Shown here one piece after another: positions 1-8,626 of a stretch of DNA of 64,000 nt. The position numbers and the translations under genes were made by a program. The DNA lies in contig DAHXMV010000004.1 in assembly GCA_027371535.1 (NCBI GenBank), positions 3,666-67,665 of the forward strand. Direction: 5' to 3'. The stretch's first letter is position 1. Each line of letters begins with the position of its first letter. The DNA is from Candidatus Amesbacteria bacterium. Lineage in GTDB: Bacteria; Patescibacteriota; Microgenomatia; CAZETR01; Amesbacteraceae. A model generated the notes under the pieces. That model did not search any database. It was not told the origin of the DNA and was given only the letters and a program-made list of their open reading frames with translations.

Positions 1-2
1 AA

Positions 3-137
3 ATTACCGGCACGGATGCTACCAGTCTGTCGAATCTGATTTCACCGCATAAAGTCGGGGATACAGTACAGGTGGAATACTGGCGCAGCGGTAATACCAA
101 GACGGTGGCGGTGACGCTATCGGAAGCCAGCCAGTAG
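3..137 (+). CDS. 3' end of a PDZ-domain protein, possibly the C-terminal PDZ of an HtrA/DegP-like serine protease (partial; start lies outside the window)
   Basis: Frame 3 reads ITGTDATSLSNLISPHKVGDTVQVEYWRSGNTKTVAVTLSEASQ then stop. This resembles the C-terminal PDZ strand pattern of HtrA-family proteases. Only 45 aa are visible. Confidence 0.35.
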   Translation: MTGTDATSLSNLISPHKVGDTVQVEYWRSGNTKTVAVTLSEASQ

Positions 138-169
138 CCGGGAAGCTATTAATTTGGTAAAATAAGGAT

Positions 170-499
170 ATGAGAGCTAAAATTCATCCCCAGTATTTTG
201 ATGCTGTCGTGACGTGCGCCTGCGGTAACACATTTACGGTAGGGTCAACCAAATCCAAGATTGATGTGGAAATCTGCTCCAAATGCCATCCGTTTTTTAC
301 GGGTGAAATGAAATTTGTGGATACAATGGGGCGGGTGGAGAGGTTTAAGCAAAAAATGGCAACGGCTCCTTTGGGTACGGCAGCCATGTCCAAGAAGGCC
401 AGGAAACAGCTGAAGAAACAACAGGAAGAGGAAGCTGAAGCCAATAAACCAAAAAATCTTAAAGAGATGTTCGACCGGGTGAGAAATCAGGTAAGTTAA
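170..499 (+). CDS. rpmE: 50S ribosomal protein L31 with a Lys/Glu-rich C-terminal extension
   Basis: [29 protein letters not shown]...[10 protein letters not shown] matches the L31 zinc-ribbon motif (CxxC...CxxC and HPFFTG). About 40 extra charged residues follow. Confidence 0.9.
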   Translation: MRAKIHPQYFDAVVTCACGNTFTVGSTKSKIDVEICSKCHPFFTGEMKFVDTMGRVERFKQKMATAPLGTAAMSKKARKQLKKQQEEEAEANKPKNLKEMFDRVRNQVS

Positions 500-502
500 G
501 AT

Positions 503-1438
503 ATGCCGGATGAGGCTAAAAAATATTTGGAAGAAGAGTTGGCCGTATTGGACAAAAAAATTACGGAAGCCGGAAATTTGCAGACTGATCCTGATTTTTT
601 TGAAATGGCCAGGAGTGAAATTGCAGAATTGGAAAATCAAAAAGCGGAGATCCTGTCGGCATTGAACGGGCGGACATCTTCACGTGATCTTTCAGAAGTA
701 CAAATTGATAATTTTAATAAAATAATCATAGAGGCCAGACCGGGTGTGGGGGGGGATGAAGCCAAGATTTGGGCTGATGATCTGGTAAGAATGTATTCCA
801 GGTACGCCACAAACAAGGGTTGGAAGATCGAGGTGATAGATGACGGGGTGATAAAAATATCCGGTAAAGAGGTATTTGAAAAACTCAGGCGGGAGACCGG
901 AGTACACAGAGTGCAGCGGGTTCCGGTAACGGAAGCATCAGGGAGAATACACACATCGACAGCTTCGATTGTGGTGCTACCTGAAGTTCCGGAAAATCAA
1001 ATTATCATCAGGGAGGACGATTTATTATGGGAGTTTACGCGGGGAGGGGGACACGGAGGGCAGAATGTGAATAAAGTGGCCACGGCGGTCAGATTAACCC
1101 ATAAACCGACCGGGATTGTGGTCCAGTCCAGGCAGGAAAGATTTCAGGAACAAAACCGGAAAATAGCCCTGTCGTTATTAAGGTCGCAGTTATGGGAGAT
1201 TGAAGAGGAGAAAAAATCAGCCAGCCTCAAGGATCAGCGGGCAAAGATTGGCCGGAGTATGCGGGCGGAAAAGATCAGAACTTATAATTACCCTCAAAAC
1301 CGGGTGACTGACCACCGGATTAGCAAGAGCTGGTATAAATTGGAAAGAATTATGGAAGGGGATTTAGATGAAGTGGTGGCGGCGATGGCGGGATTCGGCA
1401 TAGATCACGCCGATGGTGACAACCAGACTACCGAATAA
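503..1438 (+). CDS. prfA: Peptide chain release factor 1 (N-terminally short form)
   Basis: Universal GGQ motif (RGGGHGGQNVNKVATAVRLTHKPTGIVV). The PVT tripeptide sits at the RF1 PxT position. Only 3 nt separate it from rpmE. Confidence 0.9.
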   Translation: MPDEAKKYLEEELAVLDKKITEAGNLQTDPDFFEMARSEIAELENQKAEILSALNGRTSSRDLSEVQIDNFNKIIIEARPGVGGDEAKIWADDLVRMYSRYATNKGWKIEVIDDGVIKISGKEVFEKLRRETGVHRVQRVPVTEASGRIHTSTASIVVLPEVPENQIIIREDDLLWEFTRGGGHGGQNVNKVATAVRLTHKPTGIVVQSRQERFQEQNRKIALSLLRSQLWEIEEEKKSASLKDQRAKIGRSMRAEKIRTYNYPQNRVTDHRISKSWYKLERIMEGDLDEVVAAMAGFGIDHADGDNQTTE

Positions 1439-2296
1439 AAACATCAAACTGATATGTTCGTGCAGCCAGAAATATGCCAACGGCAGAGTAAAAACCGGAG
1501 GAAGATACAGGAAAATGTTGGCTTCGGCGACGGTGACGGTTTTCTGCGCTTCCTGGTAGGCCCAATACGCCAGGGCTCCCGAAAACAGAGCCATATACAG
1601 TACACCCAAATGGGCAGATATGGGGGCGGATATCAATATGGACTGGATTTTTGACGGAGGGTAGGTAAAGAAAGTGATCACGGACATGGAGACCAAACCG
1701 GTAAAAAACATGGTCACAGTAAGTAAAAGGGGAGACATTTTATGTTTTAGTTCACGTTTGGTGATCAGGGCATAAATTACCCAGGCAATTGTCCCTGATA
1801 ATATCAGGAGGTTTCCGGTTATAGATCCGGAGAACAGTCTGTGCCCTTCGAACATCGGCTGGACAACGATGATTAATGAACCAATAAAGGCGATTATATG
1901 ACCGATTTTCTCGCGGGGAGGGATAAATTCACGCAGGATGTAATGGCTTGCCAGAGCAGCCAAAATTGGTGAGGTGGCGTTAATAACCGAAGCGTCAAGC
2001 GAGGTGGTGAGCTCCAGACCCCAGAACAGTAGCCCAAGCTGGACAGTGGATCCGACAAAACCACAGGCGATGAGAATCAACCAGTCACGCGGTTTCAATT
2101 CACCCATACTTTGCCAGGAATCAGGCTCGGTGATCAAAAGGTAGGGAATCATTACCGCAGAAATCATCAGGAAACGGTAGGTGAGAAATAATGTAGTCGG
2201 AAAATACCCAAGAGTGTATTTAATTACAGGCGGGGCGATGCCCCAGAAGACAGCCACCAGAATCAACAGAAGATAGGTTTTATAGCGGGCAGGCAT
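1364..2296 (-). CDS. EamA/DMT-family membrane transporter (10 predicted TM helices)
   Basis: Two repeated hydrophobic halves with EamA-like G-rich helices (VFWGIAPPVIKYTL, LGVLYMALFSGALAYWAY). The 3' end overlaps the prfA 3' end by about 75 nt convergently. Confidence 0.55.
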   Translation of the reverse strand: MPARYKTYLLLILVAVFWGIAPPVIKYTLGYFPTTLFLTYRFLMISAVMIPYLLITEPDSWQSMGELKPRDWLILIACGFVGSTVQLGLLFWGLELTTSLDASVINATSPILAALASHYILREFIPPREKIGHIIAFIGSLIIVVQPMFEGHRLFSGSITGNLLILSGTIAWVIYALITKRELKHKMSPLLLTVTMFFTGLVSMSVITFFTYPPSKIQSILISAPISAHLGVLYMALFSGALAYWAYQEAQKTVTVAEANIFLYLPPVFTLPLAYFWLHEHISLMFLFGSLVVTIGVIYAESRHRRHHFI

Positions 2297-2311
2297 CAGT
2301 CAATTATCAAT

Positions 2312-3520
2312 TTACAATTTACAATTATCAATGACCTGATCCGGAGTTATTTGTTTTTGTTCCCCGGTTTGCATGTTTTTCAGAGTAATGAGATTTTTTT
2401 CGGCTTCTTCAGGCCCGATAATAATTACAAAAGGGATGCCTTTTTTGGAGGCAAATTTTAATTGTTTGTCGAGTTTGACAGCCGGATCGGGATAAACCTC
2501 TACGGACAGCCCAAGTTTACGTAGAGTAAGAGTAAGGGTAAGAGTAAGAGACAAAAGATTAGGGGAAAACACAGTGATCAGGATTTGAGTTCGGGGAGAA
2601 TAAGCCGGAACAAGATTTTGGGTCTGGGCAGCCTCCAAAGTCCGGTCGACACCGACGGCGATGCCGGTTCCCGGAAAAGGGCGGCCGATTAATCCGGTGA
2701 AGATGCCGTCATAGCGTTCACCTCCGGCTACGGAACCGGACGGATATTCCGGAATAATAATTTCCCAAATCGGGCCCTGGGAATAAGAAAAGGATCTGGC
2801 CAGGGTGGGCTGGAATTGGTAAGCAGTTTTGGCAATACCGCAGTTATTTAAATAATTAAAGATGGTATTTATTTCATCATTCGGTTTTAAATTATTAACG
2901 TACTCCAAATATTTTTTGGCATCTTCCCCGGAAATATTTTTGGCTGCCATGTCGGCAATTACTCCCGATTCGCCGATTTTGGCTAATTTGTCGATAGCCA
3001 CAATAGCCGGATACGGAAGATCTTTTAACAGTTCCCGGCTGTTAAGCAGGACTTTGGCGGTTTTAAAGCCCAGCTGTTTATATATATCCAGTGTCAGGGC
3101 GATAATTTCTGCATCGGCATTTCGTGATTCGACGCCGAAGATGTCAAAATCGATCTGGGTGAATTCCCGGAACCGGCCGGCCTGGGGCTTTTCGGCCCGG
3201 AAGTTATTCTGGATCTGGTACCGGCGCCAGGGAAAAACCAAAGTGTTAAGGTTTTGGGCTACCACCCGGCAAGTAGGCAAAGTCTGGTCATAGCGGAGCA
3301 TAACTTCCCGGCTGCCGAAATCGGTGAATTTATAAAATAATTTTTCATCTTCACCGACTTCACCGGTAAAAAGTTCGACCGGTTCCAGGGTCGGGGTTTC
3401 CAGAGGTTCGTAACCCCAGGATTCCAGAATAGGGATAATTTTGTTTTTCAGCCATGTCCGGGCCGCCGCGTCAGCGGGTAAAAAATCACGAAAACCTTTT
3501 AAAGGCTGAATTTGGTTCAT
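2312..3520 (-). CDS. hisS: Histidine--tRNA ligase
   Basis: Class II aaRS motifs and HisRS-specific N-terminus (MNQIQPLKGFRDFLP...). A C-terminal anticodon-binding domain is present. It contains an in-frame (LT)n hexanucleotide-repeat insertion at 2519-2552. Confidence 0.9.
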   Translation of the reverse strand: MNQIQPLKGFRDFLPADAAARTWLKNKIIPILESWGYEPLETPTLEPVELFTGEVGEDEKLFYKFTDFGSREVMLRYDQTLPTCRVVAQNLNTLVFPWRRYQIQNNFRAEKPQAGRFREFTQIDFDIFGVESRNADAEIIALTLDIYKQLGFKTAKVLLNSRELLKDLPYPAIVAIDKLAKIGESGVIADMAAKNISGEDAKKYLEYVNNLKPNDEINTIFNYLNNCGIAKTAYQFQPTLARSFSYSQGPIWEIIIPEYPSGSVAGGERYDGIFTGLIGRPFPGTGIAVGVDRTLEAAQTQNLVPAYSPRTQILITVFSPNLLSLTLTLTLTLRKLGLSVEVYPDPAVKLDKQLKFASKKGIPFVIIIGPEEAEKNLITLKNMQTGEQKQITPDQVIDNCKL

Positions 3521-3535
3521 ATTTTTAGTTTAGCA

Positions 3536-4063
3536 TTATTTAATTAATATGACACGATTGGGATTTTCAGGATCTTTAAAATCTAAATCGGGAGAAATAA
3601 TCGGTTGCATTAATAATTGTTTTAAAGCGATGGATAACATAGGTGAAGTTTTAAGCGTACGCATAAGCAGGGGTTTGTCTGTAGAAGCTAATTTATTTGT
3701 TAGCCGGCTGCCAATTCTGTTATTCTGGAAATCAGGGTCGACACCAACTTCTGATATGTAAAAACTTAGAGTTTCGTCCTGACGGAAATTTCTAAGTAAA
3801 ATTTTACCTTCTTTGGTATCGTATTTGGTTTCAACAAATTTTTCCCAATCAAGTTGATACCCCCAACCAAAACCAATAGGAATATTCTCTGAAATTGCCA
3901 AATATGCGACAGCTATTTTTTTGGAGAGTTCCATTGAAATATATTTCATAGCTTTTTTCTCACCTAAAGGCGGATCAAACCATGGTGAGCCTGTAAAAAC
4001 CCGGTCATATAAACCGGCAACTGATTTCAGATAGTTTTGGGAAAACTCAATAATTTCTATCAT
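3536..4063 (-). CDS. GNAT-family N-acetyltransferase (start trimmed to the first Met outside the tRNA)
   Basis: ISEVGVDPDFQNNRIGSRL resembles GNAT motif A (Q/RxxGxG/A). The 189-aa ORF runs into tRNA-His, so the start was moved to the Met at 4063. Confidence 0.45.
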   Translation of the reverse strand: MIEIIEFSQNYLKSVAGLYDRVFTGSPWFDPPLGEKKAMKYISMELSKKIAVAYLAISENIPIGFGWGYQLDWEKFVETKYDTKEGKILLRNFRQDETLSFYISEVGVDPDFQNNRIGSRLTNKLASTDKPLLMRTLKTSPMLSIALKQLLMQPIISPDLDFKDPENPNRVILIK

Positions 4064-4064
4064 A

Positions 4065-4138
4065 GGGGCGGGTGGAGGGATTCGGACCCTCGATAGTCCG
4101 CTCACAACGGACTGTGTTGCCTTTACACTACACCTGCC
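4065..4138 (-). tRNA. tRNA-His (anticodon GTG), with encoded G-1
   Basis: Manual fold of the reverse complement: G-1, acceptor GCAGGTG/CACCCGC (one A.C mismatch at 3:70), D-stem GTGT/ACAC, anticodon stem GTCCG/CGGAC with loop TTGTGAG, T-arm GAGGG-TCCGAAT-CCCTC, discriminator C73. The 3' tail is CCT, so CCA is not encoded. Confidence 0.75.
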
Positions 4139-4141
4139 ATT

Positions 4142-4363
4142 TTATTTACCGGGTTCCCCCGGATAAGGTATTGAGGTAGACTTTTGGGAAAGATCCTCAT
4201 CACGATCAGATATTAATAAAGTCGGGTCGGACTTGATTATTCCGGCGATCCAATCGTCAACTAGTTGATCTGGTGTACGGGGATCGTAAACAAAATTGGG
4301 CGGTTTGATCCTGGACCAATCAATTTTTAACCCTTTAGGAATTTCATTAATCATGTTTTTCAC
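4142..4363 (-). CDS. Hypothetical small acidic protein (73 aa)
   Basis: ORF only; no recognisable motif. Confidence 0.3.
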   Translation of the reverse strand: MKNMINEIPKGLKIDWSRIKPPNFVYDPRTPDQLVDDWIAGIIKSDPTLLISDRDEDLSQKSTSIPYPGEPGK

Positions 4364-4380
4364 CTCCTTTGAGGTAAATT

Positions 4381-4419
4381 AAATAAAAAAGCCTCCGTCC
4401 ACCAAAGGCACAAGAGGCT
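4381..4419 (-). terminator. Rho-independent terminator (second of a tandem pair) downstream of the 4617-5291 gene
   Basis: On the minus strand: AGCCTC...GAGGC hairpin followed by TTTTTTATTT. Confidence 0.55.
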
Positions 4420-4425
4420 AAACCA

Positions 4426-4452
4426 CAAAAAAAGCTGTGTCCAACACAGCCA
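4426..4452 (-). terminator. Rho-independent terminator (first of a tandem pair)
   Basis: Perfect hairpin GCTGTGT-TGGA-ACACAGC followed by TTTTTTT on the minus strand. Confidence 0.65.
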
Positions 4453-4616
4453 AATTTTATTTTTGTCTGGCTCGTTCCTATTGGAGGATGAATTCAGATG
4501 GAGGATTTTTACAGTTCTCCTTCTGTCTGATATTTGGTCAGCAGCTTTGGGATCGTGACTCCCATGCAAACGCTTTCACGAATTATTGTTAAGATACACC
4601 TATTAACCTATAGTTG

Positions 4617-5291
4617 TCAAGGGGTAGGGGTAGCCGGCGGGGTAGGATAAATGTACAGGTCGGTAATTGACGGTACAGCCGCTGGTTTGGCGATAATAAC
4701 TACCAGACTGCCGATTTTGACGTCCGTGCTTTTGAGTGTAGCCGGTTTGCCGTTTTTAGTGGTAGTTACAGTGGTATCTGAAAACAACCGGCCGGTAAAA
4801 TTGTCTCCGGTTGAAGTGGTGAGTTTGATGGTATTGCCAATTGATGTCACCATTCCCCAGACAGCCTGTCTTTTTTCCGCCGGAGGTGAAGCAATGACCA
4901 GCAGGCGTTTGGCAGTCATATTTCCTGAACCGTCGACGTCTCCCATCACCAGAATATAATCGCCTGTTTTCAGGTCGGCAGGGGTGCCGTCGCTATTGTC
5001 TTTCAGCTTGATGGCCGTATCGGTGGTAACCAGGGCAGACCTGTTTTGACCTGCATAATTGACCAAATTTACGGTAGCTTCGGTTTTGGAAGAAATACTG
5101 CCGACAAAAGCTTTTTTAGAAATATCCTGTTTAATCTGAGCCAGCTCCTCGCTGACTTTCTGTTTTACTGAATTTCTCAACTGATCAGCACTATCGGAAG
5201 CTGTCTGTGCGAATGCGGGGACGGAATGTAAAATGTAAAATGTAAAAAGTAAAATTAGAACAGGATAAATTTTAAATTTTAAATTATGCAT
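4617..5291 (-). CDS. Secreted/surface protein of unknown function with a signal peptide and a Thr/Pro-rich C-terminus
   Basis: N-terminal hydrophobic signal peptide (KIYPVLILLFTFYILHSVPAFA) and a C-terminal PTPPATPTP linker-like tail. No catalytic motif is visible. Confidence 0.45.
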   Translation of the reverse strand: MHNLKFKIYPVLILLFTFYILHSVPAFAQTASDSADQLRNSVKQKVSEELAQIKQDISKKAFVGSISSKTEATVNLVNYAGQNRSALVTTDTAIKLKDNSDGTPADLKTGDYILVMGDVDGSGNMTAKRLLVIASPPAEKRQAVWGMVTSIGNTIKLTTSTGDNFTGRLFSDTTVTTTKNGKPATLKSTDVKIGSLVVIIAKPAAVPSITDLYIYPTPPATPTP

Positions 5292-5292
5292 T

Positions 5293-5739
5293 TTAAATTT
5301 TACTGGTGGTATAAGTTACCAGGAGTTTAGCGACTCCGGAATGGCCGTTTTGATCAAAAGCCGTAGCTGTAATCCGGTTATAGCCCCCGTCAAGTTTGAT
5401 GTCAGCGGAGAAGGCCCCGGTGGTATCAGCTGTAAGAATGTTTTCTCCGGTATCGTAGGTGAGGGCCACGACGGCGTTAGGAACGGTTTTGCCGGTGACG
5501 GTGAGCGAGTCTGATGAAAATAGCGATTCATCGTCCGGCGAAGTGAATGAAATGGCCAACTGCGGCGGGGGAGTAGGGGAAACCTGAGCAGACGGAGAAG
5601 GGGAGACTTTTGCGGCAGATATTGCCGGTTTGCCCAAGGGGTGGTTTTTCAGACTGTTGTTGGCGGTCCAGATCCCGAACGTGATGATCAGACCCAATAT
5701 AAAACCCACTGAAACGGCCAGAAATACTTCTTTATTCAT
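5293..5739 (-). CDS. Membrane-anchored protein with a Pro/Ser-rich linker and a bacterial Ig-like/beta-sandwich domain
   Basis: N-terminal TM helix, an SPSPSAQVSPTPPPQ linker, then a beta-rich domain (TVTGKTVPNAVVALTY...ITATAFDQNGHSG) typical of Big-like domains. Confidence 0.4.
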   Translation of the reverse strand: MNKEVFLAVSVGFILGLIITFGIWTANNSLKNHPLGKPAISAAKVSPSPSAQVSPTPPPQLAISFTSPDDESLFSSDSLTVTGKTVPNAVVALTYDTGENILTADTTGAFSADIKLDGGYNRITATAFDQNGHSGVAKLLVTYTTSKI

Positions 5740-5814
5740 AGCTGTCTTGGAAGAGATTAATCAACAACCGTCTGATTGTCAAGTCACCCTTTGGGTGTGC
5801 TACAATGCTAAATT

Positions 5815-6453
5815 ATGGAAATCACATATTTAGGACATGCCAGTTTTAAAATAAAAGGCAAACAGAAAACGGTGGTTACCGATCCGTACGGTGAACAGGT
5901 GGGTAAATATCCAAAAGATGTTGAGGCGGATATTGTGACTGTTTCCCATGGGCATTTTGACCACAATGCGGTTGACAGGGTCAAGGGAACGCCGTTTGTA
6001 ATTAACGGGTCCGGAGAGTACGAAGTCGGAGGTATTTCCGTAATCGGTATGCCGACATATCACGATGACCAGCAAGGGGCCCAGAGAGGCCAAAATACGG
6101 TGTTTATTATTGAAATTGACGGCCTCAGGGTGGCCCACCTGGGGGACCTGGGCCATAAATTTTCAGATGCACAACTGGAAGACATGGGACCGATAGATGT
6201 ACTTATGCTGCCCGTCGGCGGTTTTTATACCATAGATGCCAAAACAGCAAAAGAAGTGACCGGCCAGGTTGATCCGTGGGTGGTGATTCCCATGCATTAT
6301 GTGATGGCAGGTATGGGTGTGGATAAGATCGCCCCGCTGGATCAGTTCCTTTCCGAAATGGGCAAGACGGGAATAGTACCCGTACCCAAATATTCGGTAT
6401 CCGTAGACAAATTACCGGAAGAATTGCAGGTAGTGGTACTTGAAAAAAAGTAG
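5815..6453 (+). CDS. MBL-fold metal-dependent hydrolase (UPF0173-like)
   Basis: The SHGHFDHN metallo-beta-lactamase His motif and the N-terminus MEITYLGHASFKIKG are characteristic of the UPF0173 family. Confidence 0.7.
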   Translation: MEITYLGHASFKIKGKQKTVVTDPYGEQVGKYPKDVEADIVTVSHGHFDHNAVDRVKGTPFVINGSGEYEVGGISVIGMPTYHDDQQGAQRGQNTVFIIEIDGLRVAHLGDLGHKFSDAQLEDMGPIDVLMLPVGGFYTIDAKTAKEVTGQVDPWVVIPMHYVMAGMGVDKIAPLDQFLSEMGKTGIVPVPKYSVSVDKLPEELQVVVLEKK

Positions 6454-6480
6454 GAGTCAGTGTAAGAGTAACTCACATAT

Positions 6481-7800
6481 ATGGCAGAGTTGAAAGTCCC
6501 TCCGCATTCGCAAACGGCCGAACAATCGGTGATCGGGGCACTGCTTTTGGACAGGGATGCAGTGATTGCGGTAGTAGAGTTTCTCAAACCGGAACATTTT
6601 TATGAGGAGAGACATCAGAAAATTTTTGAGATAGTACTTGATCTCTACCAGGAGAGAGAACCGGTGGATATTGTAACGGTCACCGAGAAGCTTAAGAAAA
6701 GCAAGGATTTAAAGATCATAGGCGGGGCGGAATATCTGAGCAGCCTGGTGAATATGGTGCCGACTTCGGCGCACGCAGAACATTATGGACGCCTGGTGCG
6801 GGATGACTACACTAAAAGACAGTTGATTTCGGCAGCAGCCAAAATCTCAGACATGTCATTTGATGATTCCGGGGATGTGAGAAACATTCTGGATAATGCC
6901 GAATCCACGGTATTTGCCTTGGCACAGCAGCACTTAAAGCAGGTATTTACCCCGGTGAAAAACATTCTGGTCGAATCATTCGACAGACTGGATGAATTGC
7001 ATAAAAGTGCGGGGAGCTTAAGGGGGGTGCCCACCGGTTATACGGATCTGGATGAAACTCTGGCCGGAATGCAGGACTCAAACCTGCTGATACTGGCAGC
7101 CAGACCGGGAGTGGGAAAAACAGCATTAGCCCTGAATATTGCCCAAAACGCGTCTTTTAAAAGCCGTCTGCCTGTCGGGTTTTTCTCGCTGGAAATGAGT
7201 AAGGAGGAATTGATGGACCGGCTGCTGGTGTCCCAGGCGGAGATTGACGCCTGGAAAATGAAAACCGGCAGGCTGGATGAAGAAGAATTTACCAAATTAT
7301 CAGATGCGATGGGGGAGCTATATGAAACGCCGCTTTTTATTGATGATACCCCGGGGATGTCAATTCTGGAAATGCGGACCAAAGCCCGGAGACTGCAGGC
7401 AGAACACGGATTAAAACTGATAATTGTGGATTATCTGCAGCTCGCCCGTCCGACAAGGAATCTGGATAACCGGGTACAGGAGGTGTCGGAGATTTCCCAG
7501 GGTTTGAAAAATCTGGCCCGGGAACTGAAAATACCGGTACTGGCTTTGTCCCAGTTGTCCCGGCAGGTGGAAGCCAGAGGAATTAAAAGGCCGCAACTGG
7601 CAGACTTAAGGGAATCGGGAGCGATTGAACAGGATGCCGATGTGGTGATGTTTTTATGGCGGGAAAATGATGAAGATCTGGAGAACATGAGTCTGGATAT
7701 AGCCAAACACAGGAACGGACCATTAAAGTCCATTAAACTCCGTTTCAGGGGGGACAGAATCAAGTTCTACTCGGTAGAAGGCAAACGGAAAGAGAAGTAG
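6481..7800 (+). CDS. dnaB: Replicative DNA helicase DnaB (no intein)
   Basis: N-terminal DnaB domain (PPHSQTAEQSVIGALLLD), Walker A ARPGVGKTALALNIA, and an H4 motif region. The 439-aa length is standard. Confidence 0.92.
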   Translation: MAELKVPPHSQTAEQSVIGALLLDRDAVIAVVEFLKPEHFYEERHQKIFEIVLDLYQEREPVDIVTVTEKLKKSKDLKIIGGAEYLSSLVNMVPTSAHAEHYGRLVRDDYTKRQLISAAAKISDMSFDDSGDVRNILDNAESTVFALAQQHLKQVFTPVKNILVESFDRLDELHKSAGSLRGVPTGYTDLDETLAGMQDSNLLILAARPGVGKTALALNIAQNASFKSRLPVGFFSLEMSKEELMDRLLVSQAEIDAWKMKTGRLDEEEFTKLSDAMGELYETPLFIDDTPGMSILEMRTKARRLQAEHGLKLIIVDYLQLARPTRNLDNRVQEVSEISQGLKNLARELKIPVLALSQLSRQVEARGIKRPQLADLRESGAIEQDADVVMFLWRENDEDLENMSLDIAKHRNGPLKSIKLRFRGDRIKFYSVEGKRKEK

Positions 7801-7801
7801 A

Positions 7802-7960
7802 TCAGCGGTACCAGTAGCCGGTAGCTACAAAGACAAATACGGCCAGGCAAAGGACAAAAACCAGCAGGAAAACGATCTCCAGAAAAATCCTGGCTGTTTC
7901 GGCTTTGACCTGAACCGGACGTTTAGACGGCAGTTTTTTGGCGGGCAGCTTTTTGGCCAT
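7802..7960 (-). CDS. Small (52 aa) single-pass membrane protein with a Lys-rich N-terminus
   Basis: Manual translation: MAKKLPAKKLPSKRPVQVKAETARIFLEIVFLLVFVLCLAVFVFVATGYWYR. It lies just past dnaB and falls below the ORF-track size cutoff. Confidence 0.25.
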   Translation of the reverse strand: MAKKLPAKKLPSKRPVQVKAETARIFLEIVFLLVFVLCLAVFVFVATGYWYR

Positions 7961-7963
7961 AAA

Positions 7964-8128
7964 TTATTTAACTTCCTGGACGACCAGGTGACCGGAACTG
8001 GCCCCGGCAGCTAACTGCTGCCTTTCCTGAACCAGTAGGACGGAGAATGCCATAATAAAGAGGGTGACTAAAATAATAAACAAACCCAGGAGACGGTATT
8101 TAACAATAGTTTTTTTCTGATTGGCCAC
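7964..8128 (-). CDS. Small (about 54 aa) membrane protein with a GTG start, upstream of and tandem with the previous small ORF
   Basis: Manual translation: VANQKKTIVKYRLLGLFIILVTLFIMAFSVLLVQERQQLAAGASSGHLVVQEVK. Its stop lies 4 nt before the next ATG. Confidence 0.2.
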   Translation of the reverse strand: MANQKKTIVKYRLLGLFIILVTLFIMAFSVLLVQERQQLAAGASSGHLVVQEVK

Positions 8129-8199
8129 TAATCCAGTATGAAACTCTTATATCATTCTTGTCAAGAGTTTTATTGTCTTAAATATATCTGTGGTCATAA

Positions 8200-8532
8200 T
8201 TAACCAATCATAAAATGTGAACCGATGTCATGAATAGCAATTGCCATAATGACAAGTAATACACAAATAAAGGTTAAGAACGTTGTTAGTAGTAAAAAAG
8301 CTTTGAAATGTTTGTTGTTTCTTTGTCGAGTAAAAAGATAAATATAAAAAGTACTTAAAAAAATGACAGGACCCGATATTGAAGCTGAAATTCGGTAAAT
8401 ATTTGCACTACCGTTATTCATTATTCCGTTGACATCTATATAACCCCAGTAGAAAAGACTAAAACCGAATAATTGGTATACAGGTATCCAGAAAGGAAAA
8501 GCCTGTTTTTTAGTCGGGGATATAATCGGCAT
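8200..8532 (-). CDS. Hypothetical AT-rich small membrane protein (3 TM), immediately adjacent to the tRNA-Leu 3' end
   Basis: About 28% GC against about 47% locally. Hydrophobic segments are present; no motif was recognised. Confidence 0.35.
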   Translation of the reverse strand: MPIISPTKKQAFPFWIPVYQLFGFSLFYWGYIDVNGIMNNGSANIYRISASISGPVIFLSTFYIYLFTRQRNNKHFKAFLLLTTFLTFICVLLVIMAIAIHDIGSHFMIG

Positions 8533-8541
8533 ATTTATTAT

Positions 8542-8626
8542 TAAAATGTGCCCAGGGTGGGAGTCGGACCCACACGAGCTTTTGGCTCATTAGTTTTTGA
8601 GACTAACGCGTATACCATTCCGCCAC
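8542..8626 (-). tRNA. tRNA-Leu (anticodon CAA), type II with a long variable arm
   Basis: Manual fold of the reverse complement: acceptor GCCCAGG/CCTGGGC, anticodon stem TTAGT/ACTAA with loop CTCAAAA, variable arm TGAGCCAAAAGCTCG, T-arm GTGGG-TCCGACT-CCCAC, discriminator A. Confidence 0.75.

Noticed and set aside
2519-2552. Possible CRISPR-like repeat (AGTAAG units)
   Set aside because: Units are 6 nt, contiguous with no spacers, and lie inside the hisS coding frame. It is a microsatellite, not a CRISPR array. No CRISPR array was seen anywhere in the window.
2862-3293. 143-aa plus-strand ORF inside hisS, and many similar antisense ORFs (e.g. 637-954, 10621-11082, 23584-24057, 26001-26246, 30827-31303, 49671-50096, 55385-55768)
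   Set aside because: Each lies entirely antisense to or out of frame with a long, confidently identified gene. They have low-complexity composition and are typical shadow ORFs.
3536-4105. Full 189-aa form of the GNAT ORF
   Set aside because: The first 14 codons (MSGLSRVRIPPPAP) are the reverse-strand reading of tRNA-His, so the start was trimmed to 4063.
4360-4569. 69-aa minus-strand ORF
   Set aside because: Spans the tandem-terminator region and has no RBS. Its sequence is dominated by the terminator hairpins.
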